From Bacteroidota bacterium (GTDB lineage: Bacteria; Bacteroidota; Bacteroidia; Bacteroidales; UBA7960): a stretch of DNA of 64,000 nt. Made by a program: the position numbers and the translations under genes. The DNA lies in the NCBI GenBank assembly GCA_037441525.1, contig JBBISA010000003.1, forward strand, positions 25,833 through 89,832, read 5' to 3'. The stretch's first letter is position 1; each line of letters opens with the position of its first letter. The notes under the pieces are model-generated. The model did no database searches. It was not told the origin of the DNA and worked only from the letters and a program-made list of their open reading frames with translations. Below are positions 37,173 through 47,987 of this stretch, in pieces.

Positions 37173-39431
37173 TCAGAAAATATTCTGATCAAAAATTCCT
37201 CGCGGGTTGCGTGGTTGTTCTATTTCGTTGCAATTGGTCTGGAACGGCAAAGGGGTTAAGGGTGGCTCAAAATCGCCTTGTGAAATGGTGATGGAAGGAT
37301 CGTTGTAAACCCTTTTCATAAACAAGGCCCAGATAGGAAGCGCCATGTTTGCGCCCTGCCCCAGGGCAATGTTCCTGAACCTGATTCCACGGTCTTCGGC
37401 TCCAACCCAAACACCGGCAACAAGGTCGGGTGTAAGCCCTATAAACCATCCATCGGAGTTATTTTGGGTAGTACCCGTTTTCCCGGCAATTGGGTTGGTA
37501 AGATTATACCTGAACCGCAATCTGATACCGGTACCACTTTCCACCACACCTTTCATAAGTTCGAGCATAAGATAAGCAGCCTGCTCACTCATAGCTTCGT
37601 TTTGCTGTGGTATAAATGACTCAATAAGGTTGCCGTTGTTATCTTCAATATGGGTTATAAAACTTGGCTTTATATAAATCCCCTTATTGGCATAAGTAGC
37701 CATGGCCCCTACCATGTCATATACCGACAAATCAGGAGTTCCGAGGCTTATGGCAGGCACCGGATCAATGGGTTCGGTGATGCCCATATTATTTACCAGC
37801 CTGATAAGGGCATGGGGCGAGTATCTTTTAATAAGATAAGCTGAAACGTAGTTGATAGAATTGGCCAGAGCCCATTTGAGGGTAACCATCTCCCCTTCGC
37901 GGTCTGTAGAAGAGTTTTTTGGAGTCCAGATGGTGCCATCATGAAGGTCGAATGAAACAGGTGTGTTTGGCACCTCGGTACATGGGCCGTATTCGCCTTC
38001 CATCATAGCCAATGTATAGAGAAACGGCTTAAAAGTTGATCCCACCTGCCTGCGACTTTGGGTAACATGGTCGAATTTGAAATATTTTATATCAATTCCA
38101 CCCACATAAGCCCTCACCTGACCTGTTTGTGGTTCAACTGCCATAAGTCCTGTATTAAGGAAAAATTTATAATAGCGTATCGAATCCATGGGGGTCAAGA
38201 TGGTATCAATTTCTCCTTTCCATGAAAAGACCCTCATGGGCACCGGAGTGTTGAAGCTTTTACGAATAGAATCTTCTGAAGCTTCGGCCTTGCGCAAGTT
38301 GCGGAATCGATCGCTTCGACGCATAGAATTGTTTATTAGCCTTTGTACATCTTCGCGGCTAAGATCGGCACCAAAGGGTGCATTGGGTACACCTCGCCAG
38401 TGATTGAAAAACTCACGTTGCAAATAGCCTCCCATATGCTCGGCAACAGCAGCTTCTGCATGTTTCTGCATTCGGCTGTCAATTGTTGTATATATTTTGA
38501 GCCCATCACGGTAAATATTGTAATTATTACCATCAGGTTTCTTTCGTGTTTGAGCCCATTTGTCCAGATCGAGGCGCAACACCTCGCGGAAATAGGTTGC
38601 TAACCCGGTATTATGATCCTGTACCCTGAATTCTGACATATCAAGAGGGATCAACCTTAGCGAATCGTACTCCTGAGAGGTAATATAACCGTAACGGGCC
38701 ATCTGGTTTAAAACAACTTCCCGGCGTTGAGTGGCACGAACCGGATTTCGCACCGGATGAAACCAGCTGGGGGCCTTAAGCATTCCCACCAAAACAGCTG
38801 CCTGCTCCACCTTTAGCGAATCGGGCGATGTATTGTAATACGTTTTGGCTGCCAGTTTTATCCCAAATGCATGACTACCGAAATCAACCGTATTGAGATA
38901 CATTGCCATTATTTCATCCTTGGTATACCTGCGCTCCAGTTTTGCTGCAGTAACCCACTCCTTTAGTTTTATTATTATCATCCTTATGATGGATGGGTTT
39001 TCCTCTCGTGGAAACAGGTTCTTGGCAAGCTGCTGGCTAAGGGTACTGCCGCCGCCGGCGCTACGTTGCCCCCCGATTATGTTCATCACAATTACCCTGA
39101 ATATACTGCGGATATCAACACCAGAGTGGTTATGAAACCTTGCATCTTCAGTCGCAATCAAAGCATTGACCAGGTTGGGGCTCAACTCATCAAAACTAAC
39201 GTTTGACCGGTTATGAATAAAAAAGGTACCCAGCAATTGTCCATCAACGGAATATATTTCGCTGGCCAAATTGCTTTTAGGATTTTCAAGTTCTTCGAAC
39301 GAAGGCATAAAGCCCCATAATCCCAGCGAAATTGATCCAAAAATCAGAATAGCAAGTGCCACGGGCGATACAACCACCAGCCAAAAGGCCTTAATGTACT
39401 TTTGTGTTTCCAGTTTGCTGATTTTACTCAT
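37173..39431 (-). CDS. mrcA: Class A penicillin-binding protein (PBP1A)
   Basis: ATEDARF, GGSTLSQQLAKN, YLNTVDFG (transglycosylase); STFK, SIN, KTGT (transpeptidase). Confidence 0.93.
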   Translation of the reverse strand: MSKISKLETQKYIKAFWLVVVSPVALAILIFGSISLGLWGFMPSFEELENPKSNLASEIYSVDGQLLGTFFIHNRSNVSFDELSPNLVNALIATEDARFHNHSGVDIRSIFRVIVMNIIGGQRSAGGGSTLSQQLAKNLFPREENPSIIRMIIIKLKEWVTAAKLERRYTKDEIMAMYLNTVDFGSHAFGIKLAAKTYYNTSPDSLKVEQAAVLVGMLKAPSWFHPVRNPVRATQRREVVLNQMARYGYITSQEYDSLRLIPLDMSEFRVQDHNTGLATYFREVLRLDLDKWAQTRKKPDGNNYNIYRDGLKIYTTIDSRMQKHAEAAVAEHMGGYLQREFFNHWRGVPNAPFGADLSREDVQRLINNSMRRSDRFRNLRKAEASEDSIRKSFNTPVPMRVFSWKGEIDTILTPMDSIRYYKFFLNTGLMAVEPQTGQVRAYVGGIDIKYFKFDHVTQSRRQVGSTFKPFLYTLAMMEGEYGPCTEVPNTPVSFDLHDGTIWTPKNSSTDREGEMVTLKWALANSINYVSAYLIKRYSPHALIRLVNNMGITEPIDPVPAISLGTPDLSVYDMVGAMATYANKGIYIKPSFITHIEDNNGNLIESFIPQQNEAMSEQAAYLMLELMKGVVESGTGIRLRFRYNLTNPIAGKTGTTQNNSDGWFIGLTPDLVAGVWVGAEDRGIRFRNIALGQGANMALPIWALFMKRVYNDPSITISQGDFEPPLTPLPFQTNCNEIEQPRNPRGIFDQNIF

Positions 39432-39493
39432 TATAATTTTATCGATTGATTAGTGTATTCCGGATTTACTAAAAGGGATATAATAATCGGATG

Positions 39494-40012
39494 TTATTTT
39501 TTTTCGATGCGCAAACCCACATCGCTGATACCCGGTATCCACTCTTCGCGCATTGCATGTTGAATTGAAAACTGATAGGTGCCTGATGCCGGGAACCAAA
39601 CATCCTTTCTGAAATGGAAACTGTTGGTTTTAATCCGGCCAAACCCTTTTCCAGTCCATTTACCCTGTTTATCGGCAAGGGTCATTTCAAGAGTGTCTCT
39701 GAATACTCTGCCGTCAGGGAATTTTGTTTGAAAAAAAACGAAGAAGTTGGTGTAAGGATATTCATTTGTATTTCTTATGTTCAGAAAAAGGTCGAAGAGT
39801 TGGGTTGAATCCGAAAATTCCTTTTCAAAAACCACGATATCATTCAGTTGCCACCCTTTGTCTGTATCGAAACTATGGTATTGATCGAAAACTATATTTT
39901 GATAGCATGAAATAAGGATCAGAAACACCAGCGGCAAAAAAGATATGCCTGCAATTTTGGGAGTATTTTGGTGAATCAATGAGTTGAGTATTGATTTTTG
40001 TTTGATGCTCAT
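39494..40012 (-). CDS. gldH: Gliding motility lipoprotein GldH
   Basis: Lipobox LISC; RNTNEYPYTNFFVF, DTLEMTLAD..GKWTGKG, IQHAMRE, ISDVGLRIE. Confidence 0.88.
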   Translation of the reverse strand: MSIKQKSILNSLIHQNTPKIAGISFLPLVFLILISCYQNIVFDQYHSFDTDKGWQLNDIVVFEKEFSDSTQLFDLFLNIRNTNEYPYTNFFVFFQTKFPDGRVFRDTLEMTLADKQGKWTGKGFGRIKTNSFHFRKDVWFPASGTYQFSIQHAMREEWIPGISDVGLRIEKK

Positions 40013-41283
40013 TGTTTTCTTCCGGGTCTGTTTTTCTTTTTTTTGCGGCGGTTTTGTTCCTGGTTATCAAACCGTGTCAGGCTGTCTTCATGATATCCTG
40101 TGGGGGGAATTTTCACAGCTTCAACTTCCACAACTTCTTCGGGTTCCAGAGCGTCGGGCATTTGGTTCCGACGGTTCATTTTCTGAATTTCTTTAACCCG
40201 GTCTATACTGATACCAATAAAGGTTGAAGGATTATCATCATAAGTGAAATACATCAAATTGCGCAAAATATCAGTTTTCTGATGCAATGCTTTCCCCTTT
40301 TTGGTTTGAAGGGGTGCCGACACTTCAGGATGATGTTTGAGTGCATCGATATAAATATCGTTCTCGTAGTTAATGCAACATTTGAGTTTGGAGCACTGAC
40401 CGGCGAGTTTTTGCGGATTAAGCGACAATTGCTGGGTACGTGCCGCATTTGTAGATACCGACCTGAAATTGGTAAGCCATGTAGAACAGCATAATTCGCG
40501 GCCGCAAGTACCAATACCCCCTAAGCGGCTGGCTTCCTGCCTCATTCCTATCTGTCGCATTTCTATTCTGACATTGAAAGCTTCGGCCAATTTTTTTATC
40601 AGCTCTCTGAAATCGACCCTTTCATCGGCTGTGTAATAAAAAATGGCTTTGGTTCGGTCGCCCTGGTATTCCACATCACTTATTTTCATATCGAGTTTAA
40701 GCGATGATGCTATTTCGCGCGAACCAAACATGGTAGGATTTTCGAGTTCAACTGCGCAAACCCATTTCTCAATATCTGAAACCTTGGCCTTGCGGTAAAC
40801 TTTTTTGAACTCGGTCCTGTTAAAATCAATTTTTTTCTTCCGTAACTGAATTTTTACTATCTCTCCTGCCAGGGAAACAATACCTATATCATGACCGGGT
40901 GATGCCTCCACGGCAACAAAATCGCCCTCTTCGAGTTGAACATCATCGGGGACTACCAAAAAATCCTTCCGTGAGTTTTTAAACCTTACTTCTACCAGCT
41001 CGCGGGTAGGAAAGTTCTTTGGTGGTTTAATATCGTCGAGCCAATTGAAAACATTTAGTTTGGTGCAAGAGTGGGCATGTACTTCTTCTTGCCTGGTGGT
41101 GTTGGGACGAGGTGAGCATCGGCAACCCCGCGATATGAAGTTATTGTTGTTTTGTTCCAAGTTTATGAATAATTTATGGGTTGTATATTGGGTGTGATTA
41201 GTGTAGCGAAAAAATGGTTGATGTTCTGTTTGAATCTCTTTTAGGTTTTGATTATCAATAACCCGCCACAAATGAAACACCAA
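40009..41283 (-). CDS. ricT: PSP1-domain protein (RicT/YaaT)
   Basis: DVEYQGD, FYYTADERVDFRELIK, GTCGRELCC, KLAGQCSKLKCC; the true start may be TTG 41160. Confidence 0.88.
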   Translation of the reverse strand: MVFHLWRVIDNQNLKEIQTEHQPFFRYTNHTQYTTHKLFINLEQNNNNFISRGCRCSPRPNTTRQEEVHAHSCTKLNVFNWLDDIKPPKNFPTRELVEVRFKNSRKDFLVVPDDVQLEEGDFVAVEASPGHDIGIVSLAGEIVKIQLRKKKIDFNRTEFKKVYRKAKVSDIEKWVCAVELENPTMFGSREIASSLKLDMKISDVEYQGDRTKAIFYYTADERVDFRELIKKLAEAFNVRIEMRQIGMRQEASRLGGIGTCGRELCCSTWLTNFRSVSTNAARTQQLSLNPQKLAGQCSKLKCCINYENDIYIDALKHHPEVSAPLQTKKGKALHQKTDILRNLMYFTYDDNPSTFIGISIDRVKEIQKMNRRNQMPDALEPEEVVEVEAVKIPPTGYHEDSLTRFDNQEQNRRKKKKNRPGRKQ

Positions 41284-41304
41284 CCTGCAAAAGTAGCAAA
41301 TTAT

Positions 41305-42441
41305 TCATTTTTTTGCTTGTATAAAAATCTGTCCCATTTTTAACGAAAGGTCAGTAAACAATATCTTCGGGTTGGCATTGCGCTCCACATGATAAATGGC
41401 TTTTGAAAATTCATCTACCATCTGTGCGGCAAGTTCTGGTCTTAAAACCTTAGAGAATTTGCTTACAAACTCCTTTACATCAGGATTTGTCTTAACCAAT
41501 TTACCGGCAGCAAAATTCATCAAGGTGCATTGTCTGAAAATCTCAAGGCCAAAATTAAGGAAAGCTTTTTGGCGCTCGCGCCCCATTTTCGATAATTCTT
41601 CAACATAATCGAGCATTTCCTTTATTTTAAAAGTATAACAATCGCGAAGCCAATCTCTAAGAAACTTCGTGTGATTGTCGGTTGTTTCATCGCTCTGGCA
41701 GAAGGACAAGGCCTGATAAAAATTTCCATCGGCAATAAAAGTGGCTTCACGGGCAGTGGCTTCATCAATACCATAAATCTGAGTAAGTCCCTGAATTACT
41801 TCATCATCAGCAAGCCTGGGTATCTTTACTAATTGTGTGCGCGATAAAATGGTACTGAGAATTTGTTCCTGATTTTCTGAAACAATGAGGAACAAGGTTT
41901 TTTCGGGTGGCTCTTCCAAAATCTTAAGCAACTTAGGGGCCGCCGAATGATAGAGGCGTTCTATCATCCAGATAATAACAATTTTATACTCGCTCTCAAA
42001 TGATTTGTATCCCAGAATTCTTATAACCTCATTACAGTCCTCGGCGCTGATTATACCCTGTTTGTTTTCAATTTCAAGGTGGTTATACCAATCGTTTAGT
42101 ACAGGATAAGCCGGTCTGGATAGAAAAGTACGCCACTCGTTGATGTAATCTTTGCTTATGAGGGTTTTATCGCTCTGTTTGCGTGATGCCACCGGATAAA
42201 AAAAGTTTAGATCAGGATGGGCAAGTTTATTAAACTTTAGGCAAGAAGGGCAAACGCCACAGGCATCGCCGCTGCCGGGGTTTTTACAACAAAGAAAACG
42301 GGCATAGGCAATTGCCATGGCAAGTTTTCCACAACCTTCGGGCCCCAGAAACAATTGTGCATGGCTGATTCTGCCATTTCTTATATTCAGGATTAGTTTT
42401 TCCTTTACGGGCAATTGCCCGGGAATATCTCTAAAAAACAT
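41305..42441 (-). CDS. holB: DNA polymerase III delta' subunit
   Basis: HAQLFLGPEGCGK, CGVCPSC zinc motif, HPDL, LLKILEEPP, TILSRTQ. Confidence 0.93.
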   Translation of the reverse strand: MFFRDIPGQLPVKEKLILNIRNGRISHAQLFLGPEGCGKLAMAIAYARFLCCKNPGSGDACGVCPSCLKFNKLAHPDLNFFYPVASRKQSDKTLISKDYINEWRTFLSRPAYPVLNDWYNHLEIENKQGIISAEDCNEVIRILGYKSFESEYKIVIIWMIERLYHSAAPKLLKILEEPPEKTLFLIVSENQEQILSTILSRTQLVKIPRLADDEVIQGLTQIYGIDEATAREATFIADGNFYQALSFCQSDETTDNHTKFLRDWLRDCYTFKIKEMLDYVEELSKMGRERQKAFLNFGLEIFRQCTLMNFAAGKLVKTNPDVKEFVSKFSKVLRPELAAQMVDEFSKAIYHVERNANPKILFTDLSLKMGQIFIQAKK

Positions 42442-42827
42442 TCATGCTAAATTTAATCCAAAAGTACCAAGAAATCATTTATGCGAGTATCCTAAAAATC
42501 TGTATATTCGTAAGTACCTGTATATGTACGATTTATGAAATATTTTACACGCCAGGTAAATAAGTTTTAAAAACAGGAAATTAGCAATCGATTGCGGAAA
42601 ATTTTATCAACAAGTTATCAACAATCTTGCATCTCTGCAACCCTTGACAGGCAACGGTTCTGATACTTCATTCTTTTACCTGTTGGTAATTTTGACCCGT
42701 TTAGATAAGTTTTTGTTTACTTTATCCTTACCTTTGCCGAATCAGTCAAAATTCAACGGAGGCATTGAAGGGAAGAAAAAATGAATTACCTTTGCCGGCT
42801 CTTTTGCTTCTGCAAAAATTTGAAATT

Positions 42828-44279
42828 ATGAGACAACACCATTTAGTTAAACTTCTTCTGGTTGTCGCGATTCCCGTTTTAATATTTACAGGATTGATTA
42901 TCATCAACAAAACAGTTAATGTTGATCATGCGGCAGTGGAAAAAGTTGAAAATCCCAATGACCTTCCTGCAATTCTGAAGCGGGGTGTCATCAAAGCAAC
43001 CACCGACTATAACTCAACCAATTATTTTGTTTACCGCGGCCAGCCTATGGGTTTCCACCTTGAACTGCTCCGGTTATTTGCACAACATATTGGCGTAGAA
43101 CTTGAGATTTTTGTTTCCAACAATCTTGATGAAAATTTTTCATGCCTGATGGCCGATGGCGAATGTGACATTATTGCAATGGACCTCGCGGTTACACTCA
43201 GCAGACAGAACCTTTTTGCTTTTACTGAGCCACATAGCCAAACCCGTCAGGTACTGATACAACGAAGACCCGAAAGCTGGTACCACATGCGTTCGGCTGA
43301 AATCGAAGACCTGCTGATTCGCAACCAGCTCGACCTTGCAGGGAAAACCATCTATGTGCAGCGAAATTCATCACACCTAACAAGGCTTCGAAACCTTATG
43401 GAAGAGATTGGGTCCACCATTAACATTGTGGAAGTTGATCAGGAAACAGAAATGCTCATTGAAAGGGTTGCCAACGGTGAAATTGAATTTACCGTTAGCG
43501 ATGAGCATGTTGCCATGGTAAATCAAACTTATTACCCAAATCTCGATATTCAAACCCCATTGAGTTTCATGCAGAATCTCTCGTGGGCAGTTAGAAACGA
43601 TACCCCGTTGCTTAAGGCTGCCATTGATGAATGGATAAGCAACTTTACCAAGACCCGTCAATATGCCACGCTTTATTCCAGGTACTTCCAGAATCCCCGA
43701 AGCTCGCTTATTGCAAAAAGCCCTTTTCACTCACTGGGTGGCGGAAAGATTTCTGTTTTTGATGACTATTTCAGGAAGTATTCTGATATAGTGGGATGGG
43801 ACTGGCGTCTGATTGCTTCTCTGGCCTTTCAGGAGTCACGCTTTAACAACGATGCGGTTTCATGGGCAGGTGCATACGGAATTATGCAGCTGATGCCTAC
43901 AACAGCCGATATGTTCAATGTTTCTCCCGAATCGGCTCCCGTTGAAAATATTGTTGCAGGTATCCGTTATCTCGACTGGATTGACCGCCGTTTGGGCGAA
44001 TTTATTGAAGATGATGAAGAACGGATAAAATTTGTACTTGCTGCCTACAATGTTGGTGTGGGTCATGTGTTGGATGCGCGCAGGCTTGCCGAAAAATATG
44101 GTAAAAACCCCAACATCTGGAAAGAAAATGTTGATTATTATGTCCTTAACAAATCGAAACCACAGTATTACATGGACCCTGTTGTAAGGCATGGCTATGC
44201 ACGTGGTTCAGAGCCTTACAATTACGTAATCGAAATCCTTGAAAGATTCGAGCACTACAAAAACACCGTAGGCAGCTAA
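42828..44279 (+). CDS. mltF: Membrane-bound lytic murein transglycosylase F-like (SBP_bac_3 + SLT)
   Basis: YFVYRGQPMGF, FQESRF, GAYGIMQLMP, LAAYNVG, GYARG.E; likely ATG 42828. Confidence 0.88.
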   Translation: MRQHHLVKLLLVVAIPVLIFTGLIIINKTVNVDHAAVEKVENPNDLPAILKRGVIKATTDYNSTNYFVYRGQPMGFHLELLRLFAQHIGVELEIFVSNNLDENFSCLMADGECDIIAMDLAVTLSRQNLFAFTEPHSQTRQVLIQRRPESWYHMRSAEIEDLLIRNQLDLAGKTIYVQRNSSHLTRLRNLMEEIGSTINIVEVDQETEMLIERVANGEIEFTVSDEHVAMVNQTYYPNLDIQTPLSFMQNLSWAVRNDTPLLKAAIDEWISNFTKTRQYATLYSRYFQNPRSSLIAKSPFHSLGGGKISVFDDYFRKYSDIVGWDWRLIASLAFQESRFNNDAVSWAGAYGIMQLMPTTADMFNVSPESAPVENIVAGIRYLDWIDRRLGEFIEDDEERIKFVLAAYNVGVGHVLDARRLAEKYGKNPNIWKENVDYYVLNKSKPQYYMDPVVRHGYARGSEPYNYVIEILERFEHYKNTVGS

Positions 44280-44297
44280 TGCAAGGTTCAAGAAGGT

Positions 44298-44321
44298 AAA
44301 AGGGGCTTTAGGGCCCCTTTT
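44298..44321. terminator. Bidirectional terminator between mltF and polA
   Basis: AAAAGGGGC / GCCCCTTTT. Confidence 0.75.
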
Positions 44322-44324
44322 CAT

Positions 44325-47129
44325 TTAGTGGGCTTCGAGCCAGTTTTCGCCGGTTTTCATATCTATTTCAAGATCAACACTAAGCTCTAAGGCTCCCTTC
44401 ATATTTTTTCCTACAATTTCCTCCATTTGACGAAGTTCCTCTTTGAATACATCAAACACCAATTCGTCGTGAACCTGCAAAATGAGTTTTGAGCGAAGGC
44501 CTGATTTCTTCATTTCGCTGTGAATACGGATCATGGCAAGCTTGATAAGGTCGGCTGCAGAACCCTGAATTGGTGAATTGATGGCGTTGCGTTCGGCAAA
44601 ACCCCGAACAGCACTGTTGGAACTGTTGATATCGGGCAGATAACGGCGACGCTTCATAATAGTTTCCACATAGCCATGCTTACGGGCAAAAGCTATTGTT
44701 TGATCCATATAATTGCGGATACCCGGGTACTGTGTGAAATAGCTTTGAATAATTGATGCAGCTTCATCGCGGGGTATATTGAGCCTTTCGGCCAGCCCAA
44801 ATGCTGAAATTCCGTAAACAATACCAAAGTTCACTGTTTTGGCTTTTCTGCGCATATCGCGGTCAACGGAATCAATATCGACTCCAAAAACCCTTGATGC
44901 AGTGGCCGCATGAATATCGTGTCCCTTGCGGAAGGCATCAATCATTGCCTCGTCACCACTAAGAGCAGCAATTATACGAAGTTCAACCTGCGAATAGTCA
45001 GCTGCCAGAAGAATAAAATCCTGACCACCAGGAACAAAAGCCTTTCTTATTTCTCTGCCTTGCTCGGTGCGAATGGGAATATTCTGAAGGTTGGGGTTGT
45101 TTGACGATAACCTGCCGGTAGCAGCCACCGCCTGATTAAAACTTGCATGCAACCGGCCGGTTATCGGGTTTATAAGCCTTGGGAATACATCTACATAAGT
45201 GGACTTTAGCTTTGTGAGCGACCTGTAATCGAGTATCCGTGGAATGATCTCATGCTTTTCGGCAAGCTTGGAAAGTACATCTTCGCTGGTGCTGTACTGT
45301 TTGGTTTTGGTCTTTTTTGCCTTGTCAACAATTTTCAATTTATCAAACAAAACTTCTCCTAATTGTTTGGGCGAACCGATATTAAACTTAACCCCTGCCA
45401 GCTGGTAAATAGCCTTTTCAGTTTTTTCAATTTCAATTTGCAATTCGGCGGAGTAGGCTTCCAGGGCCTTTATGTCAAGTTTCACACCTGCGTGCTCCAT
45501 ATCTGATAACACAGCGACAAGCGGGGTTTCCAGATTATAGAATAAACCGGTTAATCCAAGCTTCCCAAGTTCGGGTTCAAATACCTTGCGCAATCGAAGG
45601 GTTATATCGGCATCTTCACAGGCGTAGGCAGTAATATCGCGAACCGGGACATCCCTCATGCTCCCCTGACCTTTCCCTTTTTTACCGATCAACGATTCTA
45701 TGCTCAGCGGTGTGTAATTCAAATAAACTTCTGCAAGTACATCCATGTTGTGCCGCATATCGGGCTGCAACAGGTAATGGGCCAGCATGGTATCAAATAT
45801 TTTTCCCTTTACCTGGATGCCATAGTTTTTTAAAACGCTTATGTCGTACTTTAGATTCTGTCCGGTTTTCTCAATGTTTTCATCTTCAAGAACTATTCTG
45901 AACCTATTTACTAATATACCTGCTTCTGCCCGATTATCGGGTACCGGCACATACCAGGCCTGATCAGGCATAACGCAAAAAGACATACCAACAAGTTCGG
46001 CATCAATTATATCAAGTGACGTAGTTTCTGTGTCAAAACAGAAGGATGTAGCTTTCCCCAGAATTTCAAGCAGGTTATTTATTTCATTGTCAGATGATAC
46101 AGTTTTATAATCATTTTCAGCCATTAGCCGGTTTACTTTTTCAGTAGCCAGCTCCACAGGATCAACAAAGGCATCCGAGCCGGAAAAAAGGTCTATTTGT
46201 CCTTGAGGCTGCGATGGCTGGGGCTTTGCGGTCGCAACAGGAACCGGAGTATTTTCAAACATTCGTCGCGAAATGGTTCTGAATTCCAACTCTTCGAACA
46301 AGGGGATCAACAAACCAGGGTTTGGCTCATTCAATGCAAGTTCATTTTCGTTCCATTCAACCGGAACATCAAGAATAATGGTCGCCAGACTTTTCGAAAG
46401 CAAGGCTTGTTGTGCATGTTCCCTGAGCAACTCACGACTTCTTTTATCGGCAACATCATCCACATTTGCCAAAATGTTTTCAATAGAGCCAAAATTTCGG
46501 ATAAGGTCGCGTGCTTTCTTCTCGCCAATGCCAGGCACACCGGGTATATTATCTGAAGCATCGCCCCACAAACCAAGCATGTCAATTACCTGCTCTGGTT
46601 TTTCAATTCCAAATCTGTGGCATATTTCCTTTATTCCCCAAACTTCAATATCGTTGCCCATACGTGCAGGTTTATACATATATATATTGGGCGAAACCAA
46701 TTGCCCAAAGTCCTTGTCGGATGTCATCATATAAACCTGAAACCCTTCCATTTCAGCCTTTTTGGCAAGCGTGCCAATAATATCATCGGCTTCATAGCCC
46801 GGAATTTCGAAAAAGGGAATACGGAAGCCTTCCACCAGCCTTTTTATGTATGGCAATGCACTGACTATATCTTCGGGGGTTTCCTGGCGGTTCGCTTTGT
46901 ATTGTGCATAATCAGTCTGGCGTTGAGTGGGAGCGTACGCATCGGTTGCAACGGCAATATGAGTGGGTTTTTCCTTGCGGATAAGATCGAGCAGGGTATT
47001 GGTAAAACCATATACCGCTGAGGTGTTCATCCCTTTTGAATTTACCCTCGGATTTCGTGAAAAGGCAAAATACGCTCTGTAAATCAGCGCCATTGCATCG
47101 AGCAGAAAGAGTTTCTTTTGTTCAGACAT
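44325..47129 (-). CDS. polA: DNA polymerase I
   Basis: LLDAMALIYRAYFA, FDTETT, GRLSSNNPNLQNIP, ADYSQVELR, KTVNFGIVYG, QVHDEL. Confidence 0.98.
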   Translation of the reverse strand: MSEQKKLFLLDAMALIYRAYFAFSRNPRVNSKGMNTSAVYGFTNTLLDLIRKEKPTHIAVATDAYAPTQRQTDYAQYKANRQETPEDIVSALPYIKRLVEGFRIPFFEIPGYEADDIIGTLAKKAEMEGFQVYMMTSDKDFGQLVSPNIYMYKPARMGNDIEVWGIKEICHRFGIEKPEQVIDMLGLWGDASDNIPGVPGIGEKKARDLIRNFGSIENILANVDDVADKRSRELLREHAQQALLSKSLATIILDVPVEWNENELALNEPNPGLLIPLFEELEFRTISRRMFENTPVPVATAKPQPSQPQGQIDLFSGSDAFVDPVELATEKVNRLMAENDYKTVSSDNEINNLLEILGKATSFCFDTETTSLDIIDAELVGMSFCVMPDQAWYVPVPDNRAEAGILVNRFRIVLEDENIEKTGQNLKYDISVLKNYGIQVKGKIFDTMLAHYLLQPDMRHNMDVLAEVYLNYTPLSIESLIGKKGKGQGSMRDVPVRDITAYACEDADITLRLRKVFEPELGKLGLTGLFYNLETPLVAVLSDMEHAGVKLDIKALEAYSAELQIEIEKTEKAIYQLAGVKFNIGSPKQLGEVLFDKLKIVDKAKKTKTKQYSTSEDVLSKLAEKHEIIPRILDYRSLTKLKSTYVDVFPRLINPITGRLHASFNQAVAATGRLSSNNPNLQNIPIRTEQGREIRKAFVPGGQDFILLAADYSQVELRIIAALSGDEAMIDAFRKGHDIHAATASRVFGVDIDSVDRDMRRKAKTVNFGIVYGISAFGLAERLNIPRDEAASIIQSYFTQYPGIRNYMDQTIAFARKHGYVETIMKRRRYLPDINSSNSAVRGFAERNAINSPIQGSAADLIKLAMIRIHSEMKKSGLRSKLILQVHDELVFDVFKEELRQMEEIVGKNMKGALELSVDLEIDMKTGENWLEAH

Positions 47130-47275
47130 ATTTTTTTACTTGTTAGAAGGCCAAAGGTAAGCGATTGACCGGGAGAAAAAAAATTATGCATCTTCGGACT
47201 CGAAAAGCATATTGCAAAGAACCCGGACAATTAAAAAAAACAGGTATTATTGCATAATTAACCAAACAACTTTTT

Positions 47276-47818
47276 ATGGATTTCAAAGACCTGGTGTTTG
47301 TGCGCGAAAGTACCCGCCGATACCTTCGGCGGGCAGTGGAGCCTGAAAAAATTGAACTGATCATGGAATCGTGCCGTATGGCCCCTTCGGCCTGCAACTC
47401 ACAACCCTGGCGGTTTGTAATTGCCTCCGAACCAGCGATTGTAAACGAACTTGCACGCGCCAGTATAGGCCCGGCATCAACATTTAATAAGTTTGCCACA
47501 CAAGCCCCAGTAATTGCTGCTATTGTTGCCGAAAAACCCAACTGGTTATCGCGGGTTGGAGGAAATGTAAAGGATAAGGATTTTTACCTGATGGATATCG
47601 GCATTGTAGCTATACACTTTTGCCTTCAGGCAACCGAGCTTGGACTTGGCAGTTGTATGATTGGATGGTTTGATGAAACCAGGGTAAAAAAAGCGCTTAA
47701 AGTACCAGCCAACAAACGAGTACTGTTGCTAATAACGCTGGGGTACGCTGCAAAAGAAGGACCCCGTAGGAAAATAAGAAAACCATCCAATGAAATGTGG
47801 GCGTTGAACATGTATTAG
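47276..47818 (+). CDS. Nitroreductase family protein
   Basis: RESTRRY, APSACNSQPWRF, ATELGLGSCMIG. Confidence 0.92.
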   Translation: MDFKDLVFVRESTRRYLRRAVEPEKIELIMESCRMAPSACNSQPWRFVIASEPAIVNELARASIGPASTFNKFATQAPVIAAIVAEKPNWLSRVGGNVKDKDFYLMDIGIVAIHFCLQATELGLGSCMIGWFDETRVKKALKVPANKRVLLLITLGYAAKEGPRRKIRKPSNEMWALNMY

Positions 47819-47987
47819 TAATTTATGTTGCTAAACCTGGCATTTCTAATCAGCAAATAACTTGATTGTTAATAGTTTGATTTAATCCAAGTTTTGCTAA
47901 TTTCATCCATGTTTTAGCTTGTTTACTTTGAAAGAATGCCGTTAATTTTTCACTATACAGTTCCTTTTATTAATACAACCATATATT

